DNA of 60,113 nt, counting the filler, from Sphacelaria rigidula (lineage: Eukaryota): assembly GCA_964200075.2 (NCBI GenBank). It is 8 parts of 8 records of this genome, joined end to end, with 100 filler letters (N's around TTAATTAATTAA, not from the genome) between each part and the next. Parts side by side here need not be neighbours in the genome. Positions count along the whole stretch, not along the records: positions 7,528 to 14,954 come from CAXNAA020014976.1; positions 15,055 to 22,481 come from CAXNAA020014977.1; positions 22,582 to 30,008 come from CAXNAA020014978.1; 5 more parts are not named here. The stretch is one strand, 5' to 3'. Numbering within the stretch: the first letter of the stretch is position 1; every line of letters begins with the position of its first letter. Position numbers and translations under genes: made by a program. A model generated the notes under the pieces. The model saw only the letters and a list, made by a program, of their open reading frames with translations, had not been told where the DNA came from and made no database searches. Shown here in pieces: positions 11,166 to 24,291 of the stretch.

Positions 11166-12479
11166 AGTTGGGAGGAGGACGAAGCGACGGTTGCGGAAAG
11201 TTCAGCGAGAAAATAGTACGGAAGGAAAGATAGTTGTACTGTGAGCGAATGCGCGACGAACGGGTGTTGAAAGCAACGATGTCAAGTAGGTTGAAAAGGG
11301 AGGAAGTGGGATAAAAATTGCCTTCGGTTATCAGGATACTTCTCGATGAACCTGCACTGAGGAAACCACGGCCTGCACGTCAGTGTGGCATTCTGTACCT
11401 AGCAAGTCTAGCATGTAGGAGTGAATTGTCACAAGGAAGGTGGGAGGTCTCCTCGCGTCCCGTTCCTAATGTGTGTCGAATCGTGGGCTTCCAATGGTTG
11501 GCGCCAACTCCGGTGAGAAAGTACACCGAAAGCATCGAAGAAATGGGCCGGGGAGTGAGCCAGTTAAAATTCTATATCTTCATTGCTATTACTGGAGTTC
11601 AACTGGAAATGGGTACGAGAGCGCCACTTGTCCAGTTCATGTGGAGGCGTTGCGCCGCTTGTCTATACCGAGTAAGTTTTATAGTGGTTCAATGATGGGG
11701 AGTTTATAAGAAAGAAAGACTGTGTACGTTAGACCGGAAGGTTAAAGTCAGCAGTCTACAGCAGTTCAGGTTCCACAAACGCGGGTGGTACTCGGTTGTT
11801 CTGCAGTTTGTTTTATCGCCGACATTGAGTCGGTCGAAGGCTGGTCAGTCGAATGAGATAAACGAAGAAATGAAGAGGTGGGTCTCAGTTATTGTAGGAC
11901 GCTTGGTGCTCAAGTGCCGAACTCCATACCCCAATTCACAATTGCATGAAGATCGATGTGAACATGAAGCAGGAGATACTCACAATACGTCGAAGTAATG
12001 TAGCAGGTACGTACCTCATCCGGAGAAAAAAATCCGGTCACGGGCGATCACAAAACACACAAGCGTTCTTTCGAATAAGCTGCGGTGAGAACCTGTTTAC
12101 TTCAATTGCCCAAGGTACTGCCAGGGTGTGGCATGTCTGTTCCGATCCCCAGGTCCCCAAGAAGAGGGTCTGCTGCTGGATGGTGTGGATAAATGATGTT
12201 AGAATCGCTACTACATACCGAAGACATGATAGAGCAGTGAGAGGCTCGTATCAGCTCGCAGTGAATGGTTACATTATTCACAACCAATTACGGTTACCGC
12301 AGGAAAAAAAGGTCAAACACGGGATTTTTTTCTGACTTGGGCGACGCTCCTGAGCGGGACCTCCTACCAGCCGGGGGGGGCGATTAGCTGGAAAAAGTGG
12401 ATGGAGTGGCAACTGGCGCGGCAAGTGTTGATGGAACTGAACAGAGCTGATTGTTCACAGCCCCGAGAAGAAATTTGAG

Positions 12480-13540
12480 TTTTTGTAGCGTCAAGGTGCA
12501 TTGGGTAGGGTACGAGAGTTTTCGTGGATCATACAGAAGTAGGGAGTACCGATAAAAAAATCGCTCGGAGGCCACGGAACTTGTCGGGTAGGGATAGGAG
12601 GCTTACAGAGAATCCATTGGTGGTCTTGTGATGAAAAAGGGTTGCATTGAAAATAAAACACGCACCCGAATATTTGTACAAGGGTGTAGGGTTAAACCGT
12701 GTGTACAGAAAGAGCAGAACTATCTTGGAAGGGTATGGTGGATCACAACAGTCACGCAACTGTCGTGGACCGGTAGGACAGTCTTCGACAAGTCACAGAA
12801 CTGTCGAGGGATTAGGAAAGCGTTACTGAAGTCAAAGATCTGTAGAGTAGGGGTGTGCAAGTAACACTGAAGTTATAGAGCTATCAAGTTGGGCAACGAA
12901 AGCCTTACAGATTTCACTAGAAAAATCGGGTAGGCCAACCAGAGTCCAAGAGAAGCTACAGAACTGCCGGTTACGGGGATGAAAGTTTTCCACAAGTCAC
13001 CGAACTGTCATGTAGGGATAATATCTGTAAAGATACCCCGTGTATGCAACAAATCGGCCCACATACGAGATAGGGTGGGACACCATAGACCGATGCCCTG
13101 CAAATTGATACCGATGGCGGCGCAGATGAAGGCCCCCCAGTCGGTCCGATACCTGTTGATCATGTTTCGCTTTCCCTTTCAACTCGTACCCTGTAACCGG
13201 TCTCTTCCCCGAACAGGAAAAAATATCTTGAAGGGTGTACGGAGTTGAATACCAAGGGGTGTTAGATAGATGGAGGTTGGGGAACAAGTGCGAGTTTTCA
13301 TAACAAAGGTAGGGATTGAATTTAAATCTTCACCCCTCCCGGGTGATACCCGCACTCTGCCTGCATCGCATATACGCACAAGAGTATATATGTTGAATCC
13401 GGGCCGGGATTACGGGAGGCTTACGGACCTTGCAGAGTCGTCGACCAGGGGTATGAGGCAGTTTCAGATCATAACAAACCGGCGAGTAAAGTTAAGAAAG
13501 GTCTTACACAGCCTCTGCGTACCGGTTTGATAGTTTTACA
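12480..13540 (+). repeat. Highly degenerate ~40-bp minisatellite/repeat region (CAGAACTGTCGGGTA-like core)
   Basis: Recurring motifs CACGGAACTTGTCGGGTAGGG, CACAGAACTGTCGAGGG, TACAGAACTGCCGGTTACGG and CACCGAACTGTCATGTAGGG at roughly 40-45 bp spacing or multiples of it. No credible ORF. Confidence 0.55.
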
Positions 13541-14068
13541 CGGTTGAAAAGGCTGGACAAAAGACAGCAGGAGCCAATCGCCCAGGCGAAGACGCGATTT
13601 TCTTGTTTTGCCATATCATGCCGACAAGGTGTAGGTTCGTTTGAACCAAACGTCGGACGACAAAACACACAGCATGTGGACAGCACTGATGGCAGCACGC
13701 CGGAATTTGTGTTTCAGTGCGGAGTGATGGCACGATAAGCTGCGTCTTGCCGTTGATCCCAGTAAAGGAAAACAGCGCACATACATACCGGCGCTGCACG
13801 CAATTGGCTGCAGAGTCAAACTCAGTTACCGGTTCCCCGGGATAATTCCCATACACATGACAAACAATGACGTGTTTATGAAAAGTATCTTGCGTAGCGA
13901 GAGAAGAGCAGTTCTAAATTCAAATGTTGCGTCGTCGAATTCGATCCACCCACGGGGGTGTCGTTGTCGACCAGGGGTGTGATGGACTTACAGAACATAC
14001 AAAACTGTCGGGTGTCGGTATAAAAGTTTCACAGGGGTGAAGGGATTGAGGAACACACAGCTGTAGCC

Positions 14069-14144
14069 GGTCGCCCCGGTGGCTCAGATGGTAACCTCGA
14101 AACCTTCTGACGGTTAGGACATGGGTTCAAATCTCGGGAAGACC
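14069..14144 (+). mobile_element. tRNA-derived SINE head
   Basis: GGTCGCCCCGGTGGCTCAGATGG (A box) ... GGGTTCAAATCTCGGGAAGACC (B box). The ends are partly complementary but there is no canonical anticodon arm. Confidence 0.6.
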
Positions 14145-14356
14145 CGGAATTTTCTCTCACACCATGCCCAACAGTGGAGAGCGACTGTGTCGTGAGTACA
14201 CAAAATTCGAATTAACGGTCGACGAGGGAAGGGACCGCTGGACCCTTCTCTCGGTGAAAAGAAAGGCAAGCACCGCAGAAGGAAGGTGGCGTGCTCAAAA
14301 GAAAAAAAAAATCCTGTGTTAGCCTTCCTCTGTGCGAAAAAAGTATTTTCAGGACC

Positions 14357-14800
14357 TGTCTTAACACTCTTCTTTTCGATCGAAAAAATGAGGCGGTGGA
14401 ATTGATTCGGGCGAAAAATTCTTGTTTTGATGCAGTTGGATCCGGATGGATTTTAAGACTCTCGATCGAAGAAAGACAGTGAAAATCGTGAAACGGTACA
14501 TGGTCACTCGTGTACAGTACAGTCTGTACTGTCTGCACTGCTTGCAAGCAGGGTGTGTTGAGTGCGTGTGTGCGTGTTTCGTGCAGGAGGATATAAAGGA
14601 GAAGCGGGCAACGTGCAGTGCAGACTGCCCAGGACTATCAATTTTCTCTGCTTACAATGCGACGTGAAAAGGACTTCATTCACAAACGTGCAGCTTTGTA
14701 CTGCTTGCTGCACTGTCCATGAGCGTGCACGCAACTTGGTCTGCAGTTCACGGCGATATGCTCAAGTCGAGCTGATGTGGTACACTTGAGGAGTTATTGT
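14357..14800 (+). mobile_element. Partial copy of the 5187-5912 MITE family
   Basis: Colinear similarity to 5187-5510. The segment 14738-14795 also resembles 34648-34705. Confidence 0.75.
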
Positions 14801-16048
14801 TGGAGATGCAAATACGGCACTCTTTGCTGGCCCAGCCTGCACGGTCGACGAGGGGAAGGGACTGCTGAACCCCTCTCGCGATAAAAAACAAAGGCAAGCA
14901 CCGCAGAAGAAAGGTGGAGTACTAAAAACAAACAAAAAAAGAAACACTCTTGTGNNNNNNNNNNNNNNNNNNNNNNNNNNNNNNNNNNNNNNNNNNNNTT
15001 AATTAATTAANNNNNNNNNNNNNNNNNNNNNNNNNNNNNNNNNNNNNNNNNNNNACCAAGCGCGAAGAACCGTGGTGTGTTCGGCGAGTCGCATGAAGAG
15101 TGAGCTGCACCCTGTTAAGATTGTTCGGCCCGAAGCGAACAGATTATCTTGCATGTTGATGACAGCCTACAACGAGTTACTTCATTTTCCGGTATCGCCA
15201 CTTCCAGAGACAGCCACGGACTCCACACTACCTCATGATGTCTATCTCACCATTCAAACACTACGTTGTATGATCATCTCCTTGCGCGGGATTGAGGTTT
15301 TCTCACGCCGCACAATATGATCTAGCTCGACCACTATCGTGGTGATCGCAAAAAAAACGCCAGCGCACGAAAAAAACGGTAACCTGGACTACCAAACAAC
15401 GGGGAGAGGGGGGGGAGGGAGCTACGAGTATAGCCAATGAATTAAACAAACGTAGTGGGAAATTTCGAGGTCAGAGGTAAGGGGTCTTATTCACGAGGCA
15501 ACTTTATATGTTTTCAGCCTTTCCCGAAAAGTTGGAATTTATTTCCGTCTCCTCCGGAAAAAAAAGCTGTTGAAAAGCATCCAACGCTGATTTTCGGGCA
15601 TAATCTGTAGTCAGTCTTGAATTGACTTATAGCTCGACCTGGCTGGGTGAGAAATTTGCTCTCACATTTTTCGGAGCAAATCTTGTTTTCTCGATAAATT
15701 CGGAGATTTCGGGCAGAAAAGTAGATATGTTCATAAGGCCGGATGTTATGGCGACAGATCTTCAGCTCACAGATTTTTCAATTCTGGTGAAGCAAACCCG
15801 CGGCAAATATGGTTTGGGAAACGATATTATGGCAGCACACAGTTTTTCATACCATACTGTTCTGATTTGTATACCTCCACCAGGGTTTCGAGTTTTATGC
15901 TCAGCGCGTTTCAACAGCTCACAGTCCCCTAGGTGTCTCGTGTGTTGTGGTATGCTGTAGTGACGTAGCATCAGTGCCGCAGAGAGGTCATCACCACCCC
16001 ACTAACACCAGTGCCGGTTCTTTCGGGCACATCAGTAAGCGATCATAC

Positions 16049-16148
16049 CCCCCTCGTTGCTGCTGAAGTTGAACCCTTCATTGAAGGATCGCGGAACAAC
16101 CCGCCCGACAGCGCCAGTGCGCATCACATGTCTCCTCTCTCGACGTCT
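16049..16148 (-). CDS. Orphan protein, possible exon 6 (RRRERRHVMRTGAVGRVVPRSFNEGFNFSSNEG)
   Basis: ttgcag|AGA...GGG G|gtatga. The phase-0 start is compatible with exon 5. Confidence 0.4.
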
Positions 16149-16683
16149 CTGCAATGCTTTTGCCAAGAGATCGACGAGCAAGGCGTGTCGTTTCTTGTCT
16201 CGTACGCGCGAAGCGGGCTCCATGGCGCGTCGGGTGCGGCGTGTGGTTTACTTCGTGTGTTGTTGGTTGTTGTCGACAGGATCACTCACAAAGGGGCAGC
16301 CAGCACGCCGGCATATCCAAGAAAAATGCGGCGTGACCCCATTATGACGGTCTGCCCGCCGAAACGCAAAACTCCGCGTGCAAAAGTCTGTGCTTGCCGA
16401 CCCCCGCCAGTTTGCCCAAAAATCTGCGCGACTCGGGCCCCGAATCTTGGCCGCGTATTTTTTCACCCAAAACTTTGAATAATCTGTGTAGCCATAAGAT
16501 GGGTGTGACACGAATCATCTCAAAATCTGAAGATCCGCGGTCAAAAATCTGTTGCCATAACATCCGGCCTAAGACCCCTAAGCCATGCATTCTGCAAAGA
16601 GCATCAACGATATGCGCAGATTGGCGCAAAAGGATATGTTGCAGTCACCCAAACGGGAGTTGAAAGTCCTCCTGAAACACTAC

Positions 16684-16740
16684 CTTTATAGATGTTTGCA
16701 ACGTGCCAAGATGAGAGTCACCGCCTTCAATATGTTCGTA
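16684..16740 (-). CDS. Orphan protein, exon 5 (YEHIEGGDSHLGTLQTSIK)
   Basis: gtccag|TAC...AAG|gtagtg, 57 nt, phase 0-0. Confidence 0.55.
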
Positions 16741-16777
16741 CTGGACGGACTTTACAAAAGCGAAAGTTGTTTCGAAA

Positions 16778-16778
<1 letters not shown>

Positions 16779-16826
<48 letters not shown>
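16779..16826 (+). repeat. (GTT)n microsatellite
   Basis: About 16 perfect GTT units, in an intron of the orphan gene. Confidence 0.95.
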
Positions 16827-17034
16827 GCTGTCTTCACATTAACAACCGTTTCAATAGCTACGCAGTACTCTGTACTGGGCATCTGATGCGGACACCTTCC
16901 ATGATCACAGGCTAAGCTAGGGTGAAAGGAAATCATAAAATAAATTGGACCCAGAAACAATTCACACAGGCATACATCACGCAAATTCATAAGTTTATTG
17001 ATGAGAGAACACGCCTGCCTCTCATGTACAGTAC

Positions 17035-17115
17035 CTTCTTGCCCTCCTCGGTGCCGGCCTTGTCCGTCCGCACCTGATCCAAGAACTTATCGCGCACCAT
17101 CCTCCGATGCTTCTT
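17035..17115 (-). CDS. Orphan protein, exon 4 (KKHRRMVRDKFLDQVRTDKAGTEEGKK)
   Basis: Pyrimidine tract then tatcag|AAG...AAG|gtactg, 81 nt, phase 0-0. Confidence 0.65.
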
Positions 17116-17867
17116 CTGATACGGTAGGAAAAAAAAAAACGAGAATGGCGCGTAATATCCGACGAAAACGCACACAGGGGGCACACACAGTGAAGCTTTC
17201 ATGAAATAATTTCATGCCTGACGAAAAAGTAATGAAAATCTTATAAAAAAAAGGGCGAACAACAAGCAGATTTCACATCTAACGAATGTAGCGGGACGTT
17301 ATCGACAACATCATGTCCGACGGAAACGTGTCACAGATCCCACGCAAGGAAAGGATGGCATGGCCAAAGACAGCATTTTTTTAACTCGACGTGCGTTTCT
17401 GCAGCATTAACACCGAAGGCCAAGTATTTGGCTGAGAAAGACGTGACGCTTTTTTTTATTCAGAGAACTTGCTGCCGTTCAAGGAGTAGATTTGCGTTCG
17501 AGTGACTTCCAGGCGGACCGCACGCCTAATAGGTTCATGTGCTCAACGCGGTGAAAGCGGCCCGCTCTCGTGCGGTCGCTTGAAAAAGAAGAAAAAAAAA
17601 CACAAGGCACAAAGCACGGCAAAATACTATTGGGAAAATGTACGCCAAAAATAAAACTTTGTAAATCATACCGCACTTCAAACGCGCACTGGCCACAAAA
17701 CAAGCGCCTACCTTCACACACAAGACAAGACAAAAACAAACACGACACACTGGTGGTGTTCCGCGGCTCTTCACGTGAACGCGCTCCTACCTTCACGCAA
17801 AGACAAAACAAAAACATACACTACACACTGCTAGTGTCCCGCAGCTCTTCATGCGAAATCGCCTCAC

Positions 17868-18146
17868 CTTGGCCTCCTCCGCAGCAGCCACGGCCACCGT
17901 TCTGAACCTACTAGGGGGCGACTGCGAGTTTCCCCTCTCCCGGCCATCCTTCCGTATGGGTGACCCTTCCCCTGAACGCCCTTTTGACGGGGTAGAATAA
18001 GTTGGGTCGGGTGAGATGGCGCCAGTAGATCCCTCGCCGCGGTATGGCGGAGTGGTGGATCGATGTCGGTGTGGAGGAGTGGAGGTGGGCGTGGTGGGAG
18101 TTGGTCCGTGAGTGCGTCCATCGGCGTCGGCAACAGCCTTCAGTAC
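17868..18146 (-). CDS. Orphan protein, exon 3 (VLKAVADADG...AAAEEAK)
   Basis: ttgcag|GTA...AAG|gtgagg, 279 nt, phase 0-0, open frame. Confidence 0.7.
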
Positions 18147-18454
18147 CTGCAAGGCGGAAGATCAGAAAAAAAGTGGGAAAGTCGACTTGATCGTGGCTGA
18201 GGCAACAGTGGAACTGTGATTTGATACCAAGAGCATCCTCCTTGTACCAGCATATAGTAGGCTACAGCGCGTTAGAGGTATAGTCGATAAAATTTTCCAC
18301 GTACTACTGAACTGACCTTGAACATGAGAGGATGGTTCCTGTGGCAGCTGACCATGGCGTAACACCTCTCCACCAGCACGTGACAGCCGCCCTTTCCCTC
18401 CCTCTCTCCCCCCGAGGTACTGATGCGGGAACCTCTGGGAGGGGTCAAGCGCAC

Positions 18455-18520
18455 CTCGCTTGCCGTCGATTGCAGGAACTTCGGAGATACTTCTCCGCCG
18501 TCGCGTACATCCAAGGAAAC
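18455..18520 (-). CDS. Orphan protein, exon 2 (VSLDVRDGGEVSPKFLQSTASE)
   Basis: ccgcag|GTT...GAG|gtgcgc, 66 nt, phase 0-0, in frame with the neighbouring exons. Confidence 0.65.
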
Positions 18521-19155
18521 CTGCGGTGTGTGCCGGCGAAGACGGGCGAGGCCATGGGGGGGAGAGGCCAACGGATAATGAGAAAAATCACGCCGCACTC
18601 CCATGGTTTGAGCGGATTTCGTGGATTCGAATCCTGATGCATACGGCATTTCTACACAAAATCTGGATCATGTCGGGAGCGTAGGGGCATGAATAGCAAA
18701 ACAAAATTCGATGAAGATCGATGGGATGAGGGATGGGTGATCTAGGGTTCGATAATAATGCGTCAGGCGCGTGACGGGACTTGTGCGGCAGAGGGGCATC
18801 GGAGGGGGGAGAATGAGGAGAGAGAAGGAAGTACGACGTCGTGGTGACTGACGATTGGGGGGAAGCGGCAGGCAGTGCACGGCGACGCCGTTGCAGTACC
18901 TAGTACACCGTGAGCTGCAGCACATTTAAAACCAACAACAGGAACCAACGAGTGATATGAGGACGCAGACACATTGGTTGAAAAGAAGCAGCTTCCATAC
19001 CCCTTAGCTTCCGTGCAATATCGATCAAAGATTGAAACCAACCGGTACAAACCCGCGAGTGACATATGGACACAAACAAACCAACACCTTGACCGAAGAA
19101 AAAGATGATTCGGTTTCTATCACTACCGTATTGATCCTGATACGGAAAAGCACAC

Positions 19156-20010
19156 CTTCTGTTCCCGAGCAGGATCGTCCCTCCCAACAGCCAACGCACT
19201 CCTATTCGTCTCGTTCGGCCCGACATGCCCGACAAGCTTGCCAAGCGAATCACGATCCGTGCTGTTCCCAGCGTCGCTCTCGCTCTCGTCATCGGAGAAC
19301 ATTCCCGAGACCGTTCCACGACCTCGGTCGTCATCATCGCCGTCGTCGCCAATCAATACCTTATCCCAGCCTCCCCCAACTCGTGAGTCGTCCGAAGACT
19401 CGAACGGCTTAGGTCCCACGCGAGGCACCGCCTTCCCCACACCGTTCCCCCGCCGATCTCGAGGCGATACGCCGGAGGGCGGACGCGGTTTCGGCGGCGG
19501 GAACAAAAATTCGGTCGGATCTATGATCGAACCCACCGTCGACAACGATCCACGTTGCTGTTCCTGTCGAAGGCGCCGCCGCTGAGTGATCGTCGGCGAA
19601 ATCGGCGAAGAGTAGTCATCTGAATGAACCTTCCTCCTTGGTGATGATGTGCTTGTCTCGCTGAGAGGCGTGGTCGCGTTTGCCCCGCTATCTGCAGGAT
19701 GGATCGTGGCTGCGTTTGCTGTTGTCGGTGTCATGGTACTTGCGCCGACAGAGCCGTCACCGCCGCCAGGGTACTCGCTATCTTCGACTTCTATATTCGA
19801 TGCACTGGCCCCGACGACATCCGGTGCCGCAGTGTTGCTCGAGAAAAAACGGTTTATCATGTGGGAGATCGAGGTCGGGGCTGAATCGGAATCTCGGTGG
19901 CTCACCGCGGCAGGGGTAGTCGGTGGTTCTTGCTGCTTCCGTTGGGATTTGTTCGACACACACGCTCGTCGTATGAATCTTTTCGTTGTTGTTGTCATTG
20001 TCGTCGTCAT
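19156..20010 (-). CDS. Orphan Ser/Thr/Pro-rich protein, first (large) exon
   Basis: A 285-codon open frame ending EQK|GTGTGC (phase-0 donor). The start codon is uncertain (20010 or a downstream ATG). Confidence 0.7.
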
Positions 20011-22223
20011 CGTTGTTGTTGTTGATGATTTCGTGCCGTGGTCGTTGCCGCGTTGTAGACAACAGCGGGATGAACAGCGGGATGCGGGAGGTTAGATTTA
20101 GTCTGCTGTTGCTGGTTGCCTGTGCCGTGATTTGATGATGATTGGTTAATCGATGATGATTTGTTGCCCGCGAAAGCTGGTATTCATCGGCATGCTCACT
20201 TGCTTACAGGAACCAGGTCCATCGTTTGGTGCCACACAAGGCTTTCGCCAGTCACTTGTGCACCAACCCCCCGTGGTCGAGCCACGGCACAAGTCTTCCC
20301 TGCAGCAACACGCAGGACACACGCTGGGTTGTACTCGTACTTTGCCTCGCGACACAGGAGGTCGAACATCTCACACAGAAAGCACATGAACGTCAACAGT
20401 ACATACGTACCATGCGTGTGCTCCGCCACACCGACACCGACCAACCACGGATCGTACAACGGAAAGTACTTAAAATGTTGTCGTAAAGCAAATGACACAT
20501 GTGACTTAAAAAAAAAACTTCAAGGTTGAAATAAAAAATATGATACCTCTGTACTGTCCTCGCTGCAGCGTGGGTCCTCTCTCGATCTTGGAGGCGCTCT
20601 ATCAACCGCGAGGATGGGTCCTGCACGAATGAGGTGGCACAAGAAATAAAATCATGGGCAGGGGGGGAGATGATGCATCCAAAAGACATCCCATTCTAGA
20701 CACCCAGTGATTTGCTTTCATAACCTCAACACATTATTGTACGGGCGGAAACGAAATCACCCCCACCCACATACGTTCCACACAATTTCAACCAGATACA
20801 CGCCGCTTTCATCATGGAAGGATGCAGTCTGCAGTCACCGATTATTTCATGTAGTGAGTGGTGAGGCCGTCTACTCGCCCCAGCGCGATGTGTTTCCAGA
20901 GCACATCATCCTAAACCAAACGAAGCTCGCACCTCTCACCTGCAAGACGTATGTGACCGTCAGGCAACAGCCATAGGTGGAGGCGTTTTCGCAGTCTGTG
21001 AACTGGACAAGGTGACTTCTGTCCTCAGGAACAGCATCAAACACCCCCTGTCACCACGAAGCAACACACACACACATGGGGGTCACCGATGATCAGCACA
21101 AAGCACGAAAGATGCACCACAAGTACATGTATTTGGTATGGCATGTCAAGTACGTAGTGCACTGCGCGTAAGTTCGTGAATAGAGAACAGAACAACTACT
21201 ATAGCATGCTTCTTTAACGACAATACTGCTATCTACGTTTTGGCGACGAGGAACCGCCGGTCAGAGCGAGGGTCATAATTTCAATTCCTGACAAGCTCCT
21301 CTCCTGAACGCTCGAAGCCCGGACCCTAAATATTCTGTGAAAAACAAGAGATGCATGGTTTTTCAAGTCTTCGAAAAATCCCACGCAGGATAGAATGTTT
21401 CCAGAAATATTTATTTTGGCAACATTGTAGCGATTGACCCGCGGTCACTTGATGAAAGTTGATTAAAATACATCCCTGCTCCCGCCCTCGTACCGACAAC
21501 GGAGACGCCAAGTTTCAGGACACTTGAACAAGGACCCGCGTATTTTTGTTCTTGCACCGAAGTGTTGTCTAGCTGCCGCCAGCACGCCATATCAGCGGTG
21601 CTACTAAAACGGTGAGAAATGAAGATGAGTGTCTGAACCGACAGGACAAGAATGCATGGCGCCCTCTGGAGTCCTTGACGGTTGCAAGGAACCTCCCTTT
21701 GCCCTACGCCTTGCTGCTGATTGTATCACCTTCCGCAGGGACGCGTCTTTCTCTTCCGCTGAAACCAATTCGTACCCCGACAAACCACACCACCACGAAA
21801 GTACATACTGAGTAAGTGTGACCTTTTTCTTTACAGAAGAGATACATCCCGCGTTTTGTTCTCGTTATACCGCCGCGGTTCGAGAGCACAAATGGTCCAT
21901 TTCAAGGCACGCCACCAGATTTACACAACGACATCCACGGTATGGCGGGTATAGTTGAAGGGCTGAGGGTTGCAGCTGTCCGGCGTTGCACGACCTGCAC
22001 GTTACCAACACGTGCTGCGCTCGGGGTGAATGAAGGAGAAATTACGTCCCGAAACAGGCTGACTGTCCGCATTTGCAACTTTTTTACGGCCGTGTTCCTA
22101 GAACTAAACAACACGCACAACTACAATAGTTTTACTACTGGAACAAGACAGAAAATGTCCTTGTCTCGGATCTTGGAAATTCCTAGGCGTTCGCGAAATA
22201 TGGACGTTCGAAGGACAATAAGG

Positions 22224-22442
22224 GCCCTTCTTAACAAAGGGGATAATCTCCTTTTTCAAAATCCCCTTTTTCAAAAACGACCAGTGATTGGTCGCTGCGA
22301 TACCACCCCCTCCAAAAAAATCCCCTCAACGTGCACAGAAATCCCCTCTCCAGAGGGGATTTCAGGAAGAGCAAAAACACTCCCGGAAATCCCCTTTTCA
22401 AAAGGGGATTTCCGGACACCTCGAAGAGGAACATACGTGCCC
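22224..22442. repeat. Dispersed repeat with AAATCCCC/GGGGATTT palindromes
   Basis: Near-identical reverse-complement copy at 45162-45388. Internal hairpins AAATCCCCTCTCCAGAGGGGATTT and AAATCCCCTTTTCAAAAGGGGATTT. Confidence 0.85.
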
Positions 22443-22598
22443 GGTTGACAGGGGAACATGCAAAGGCTTACCACACAGCCCNNNNNNNNNNNNNNNNNNN
22501 NNNNNNNNNNNNNNNNNNNNNNNNNTTAATTAATTAANNNNNNNNNNNNNNNNNNNNNNNNNNNNNNNNNNNNNNNNNNNNACCAAATACCCCCCCCC

Positions 22599-23630
22599 CT
22601 ATCGTAGGATGACTCCCATCGCCATCCTTACCTCACGGAGGTTCTGTTTGCGCTGTTCAACGAAGACATCTGGTCCCCTGCTCGGTTCTGCTTCTTGTGA
22701 GAGAGGCACGAGCGAGTGATGTGCGCGGTTTGCGGCCGAATAGCAGCTCAAAAGAGGACATGTTAAAGGGGAGCGATGTGTCGGGCAATATGCGCTTGAT
22801 TCAGAGGGCGGGTGAAACATACTCATCCCCCCTCTGGGGCCACAGCCTACATAGTTCCGATAGCATGTCCAACAGCCGTCCCCCAAGTCGCTCGACCGTT
22901 TCCTGACCGCGTGGGTTGTCCGACGACCCAAAGGCGATGCTGCCTTCAACCACCTGCACAGATGCGTCACGACATCGGCCCTGAACTCTTTGTCCCTGTT
23001 GCAGCGGATCATTTGGGGGACACCAAAAGTTAGGCATAACTCTGCTAGGATGCGTCCGATCTCGTCCGCTTCCTTTGATGGCAGAGGGACCCCGAACGGG
23101 AATCGGGAGGCGTGGTTAAGTACCAGCAGAACGCACTTGTTGCGCGAGTGCGACATCATATCAATGGTTAGTAAGTCGATTTCCAACTCGGCCCATGAAT
23201 ATAAAAGTGCGCCCCGGTCTCATCGCCATTTGATGGCTGTTTGCCTTCTTGCGTCGTCTACAGCTGCACGATAGCACGTACTGTCTGGTGTCACGTGCCA
23301 TAGTAGGCCAATGGAAGCGATCGTGTATCAGATCAAGGGTGGCGCCTACTCTGTAAGTTCGTGGAGTGTATGCACGAGTGCCAACAGGTCAGCTACCATC
23401 GTTTTCGGCACAGCTAGCAGCTCCTTATCGTTGGCTGCTCGGTGCCACAGTATACCTTGCTTGTCTACTTTGTAATCTGATCGTTTCTCACTCACCGCCT
23501 CTGGTGTTTCGCTGCCTGCACGACCTGACTGCACTTGTTTGAGAAAGGAATCTCTTTGTTGGTGGTGCCGGAAATTGCACACGTTGGTGAGTATCCGTAG
23601 TTCACGATCGATTACCGCTGTGTCCGTCAA
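22599..23630 (-). pseudogene. Gypsy integrase (zinc-binding + catalytic core), frameshifted
   Basis: ORFs 23346-23630 and 22599-23186/22801-23037 carry integrase motifs in shifting frames. Confidence 0.9.
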
Positions 23631-24291
23631 GTCCAGATCCGTTCACCCCGTAGGCATTTCTCTCCCGGCTGGGAGCACTTCACCCACTTCTACCCTTTCA
23701 CCGGTTGTCGGCGGAATGTTCGGTGTCGGCACCTACAGCGGTAATTCAATCGGCGTTGGCTCTGCGGGCGGATTCGGGTCGACTACTCGAGGAGTGAAGG
23801 GCAGAGGTGTTGTATACGCAGCATCGGGGGGTTGCAGGCGTACTGGTGGTCTGCGAGCACGAGTTGAACGGCGCATGGGTTGGTTATCGTCGATGGCTGC
23901 GCATTCTGAAAAAGGGGGTAGAGTCAGGGTGGCGATGTCCGAAGGATTGTTGGCATTCGACAATGAGTGCATACCTGTGTCTGCGCTAACTGACGTACCC
24001 GCTCCTTCTGGTTGTAGTTCCGACAGTCGTTGTCCCGCGAGTTGTGGTCCCTGTGGGCCTACAAACTCTGTCGGCGAGCCTGACGTGAAATCGTCCGGAA
24101 AGGAGTCATCAATGTCGGGCTGTGGCTCACTCGCGTGTGGGCGTCGGGACAATGCATCTGGCAGCACATGTTCGGACCCCTCCCGCCACTGGAGGTCGAT
24201 GTCATACTCCATTAGCCGCAAGGCCCACCTGTGCAACTTGGGGCAGAGATCGCGGCTACGGAACAACCATATGAGTGCCGAACAGTCCGTG

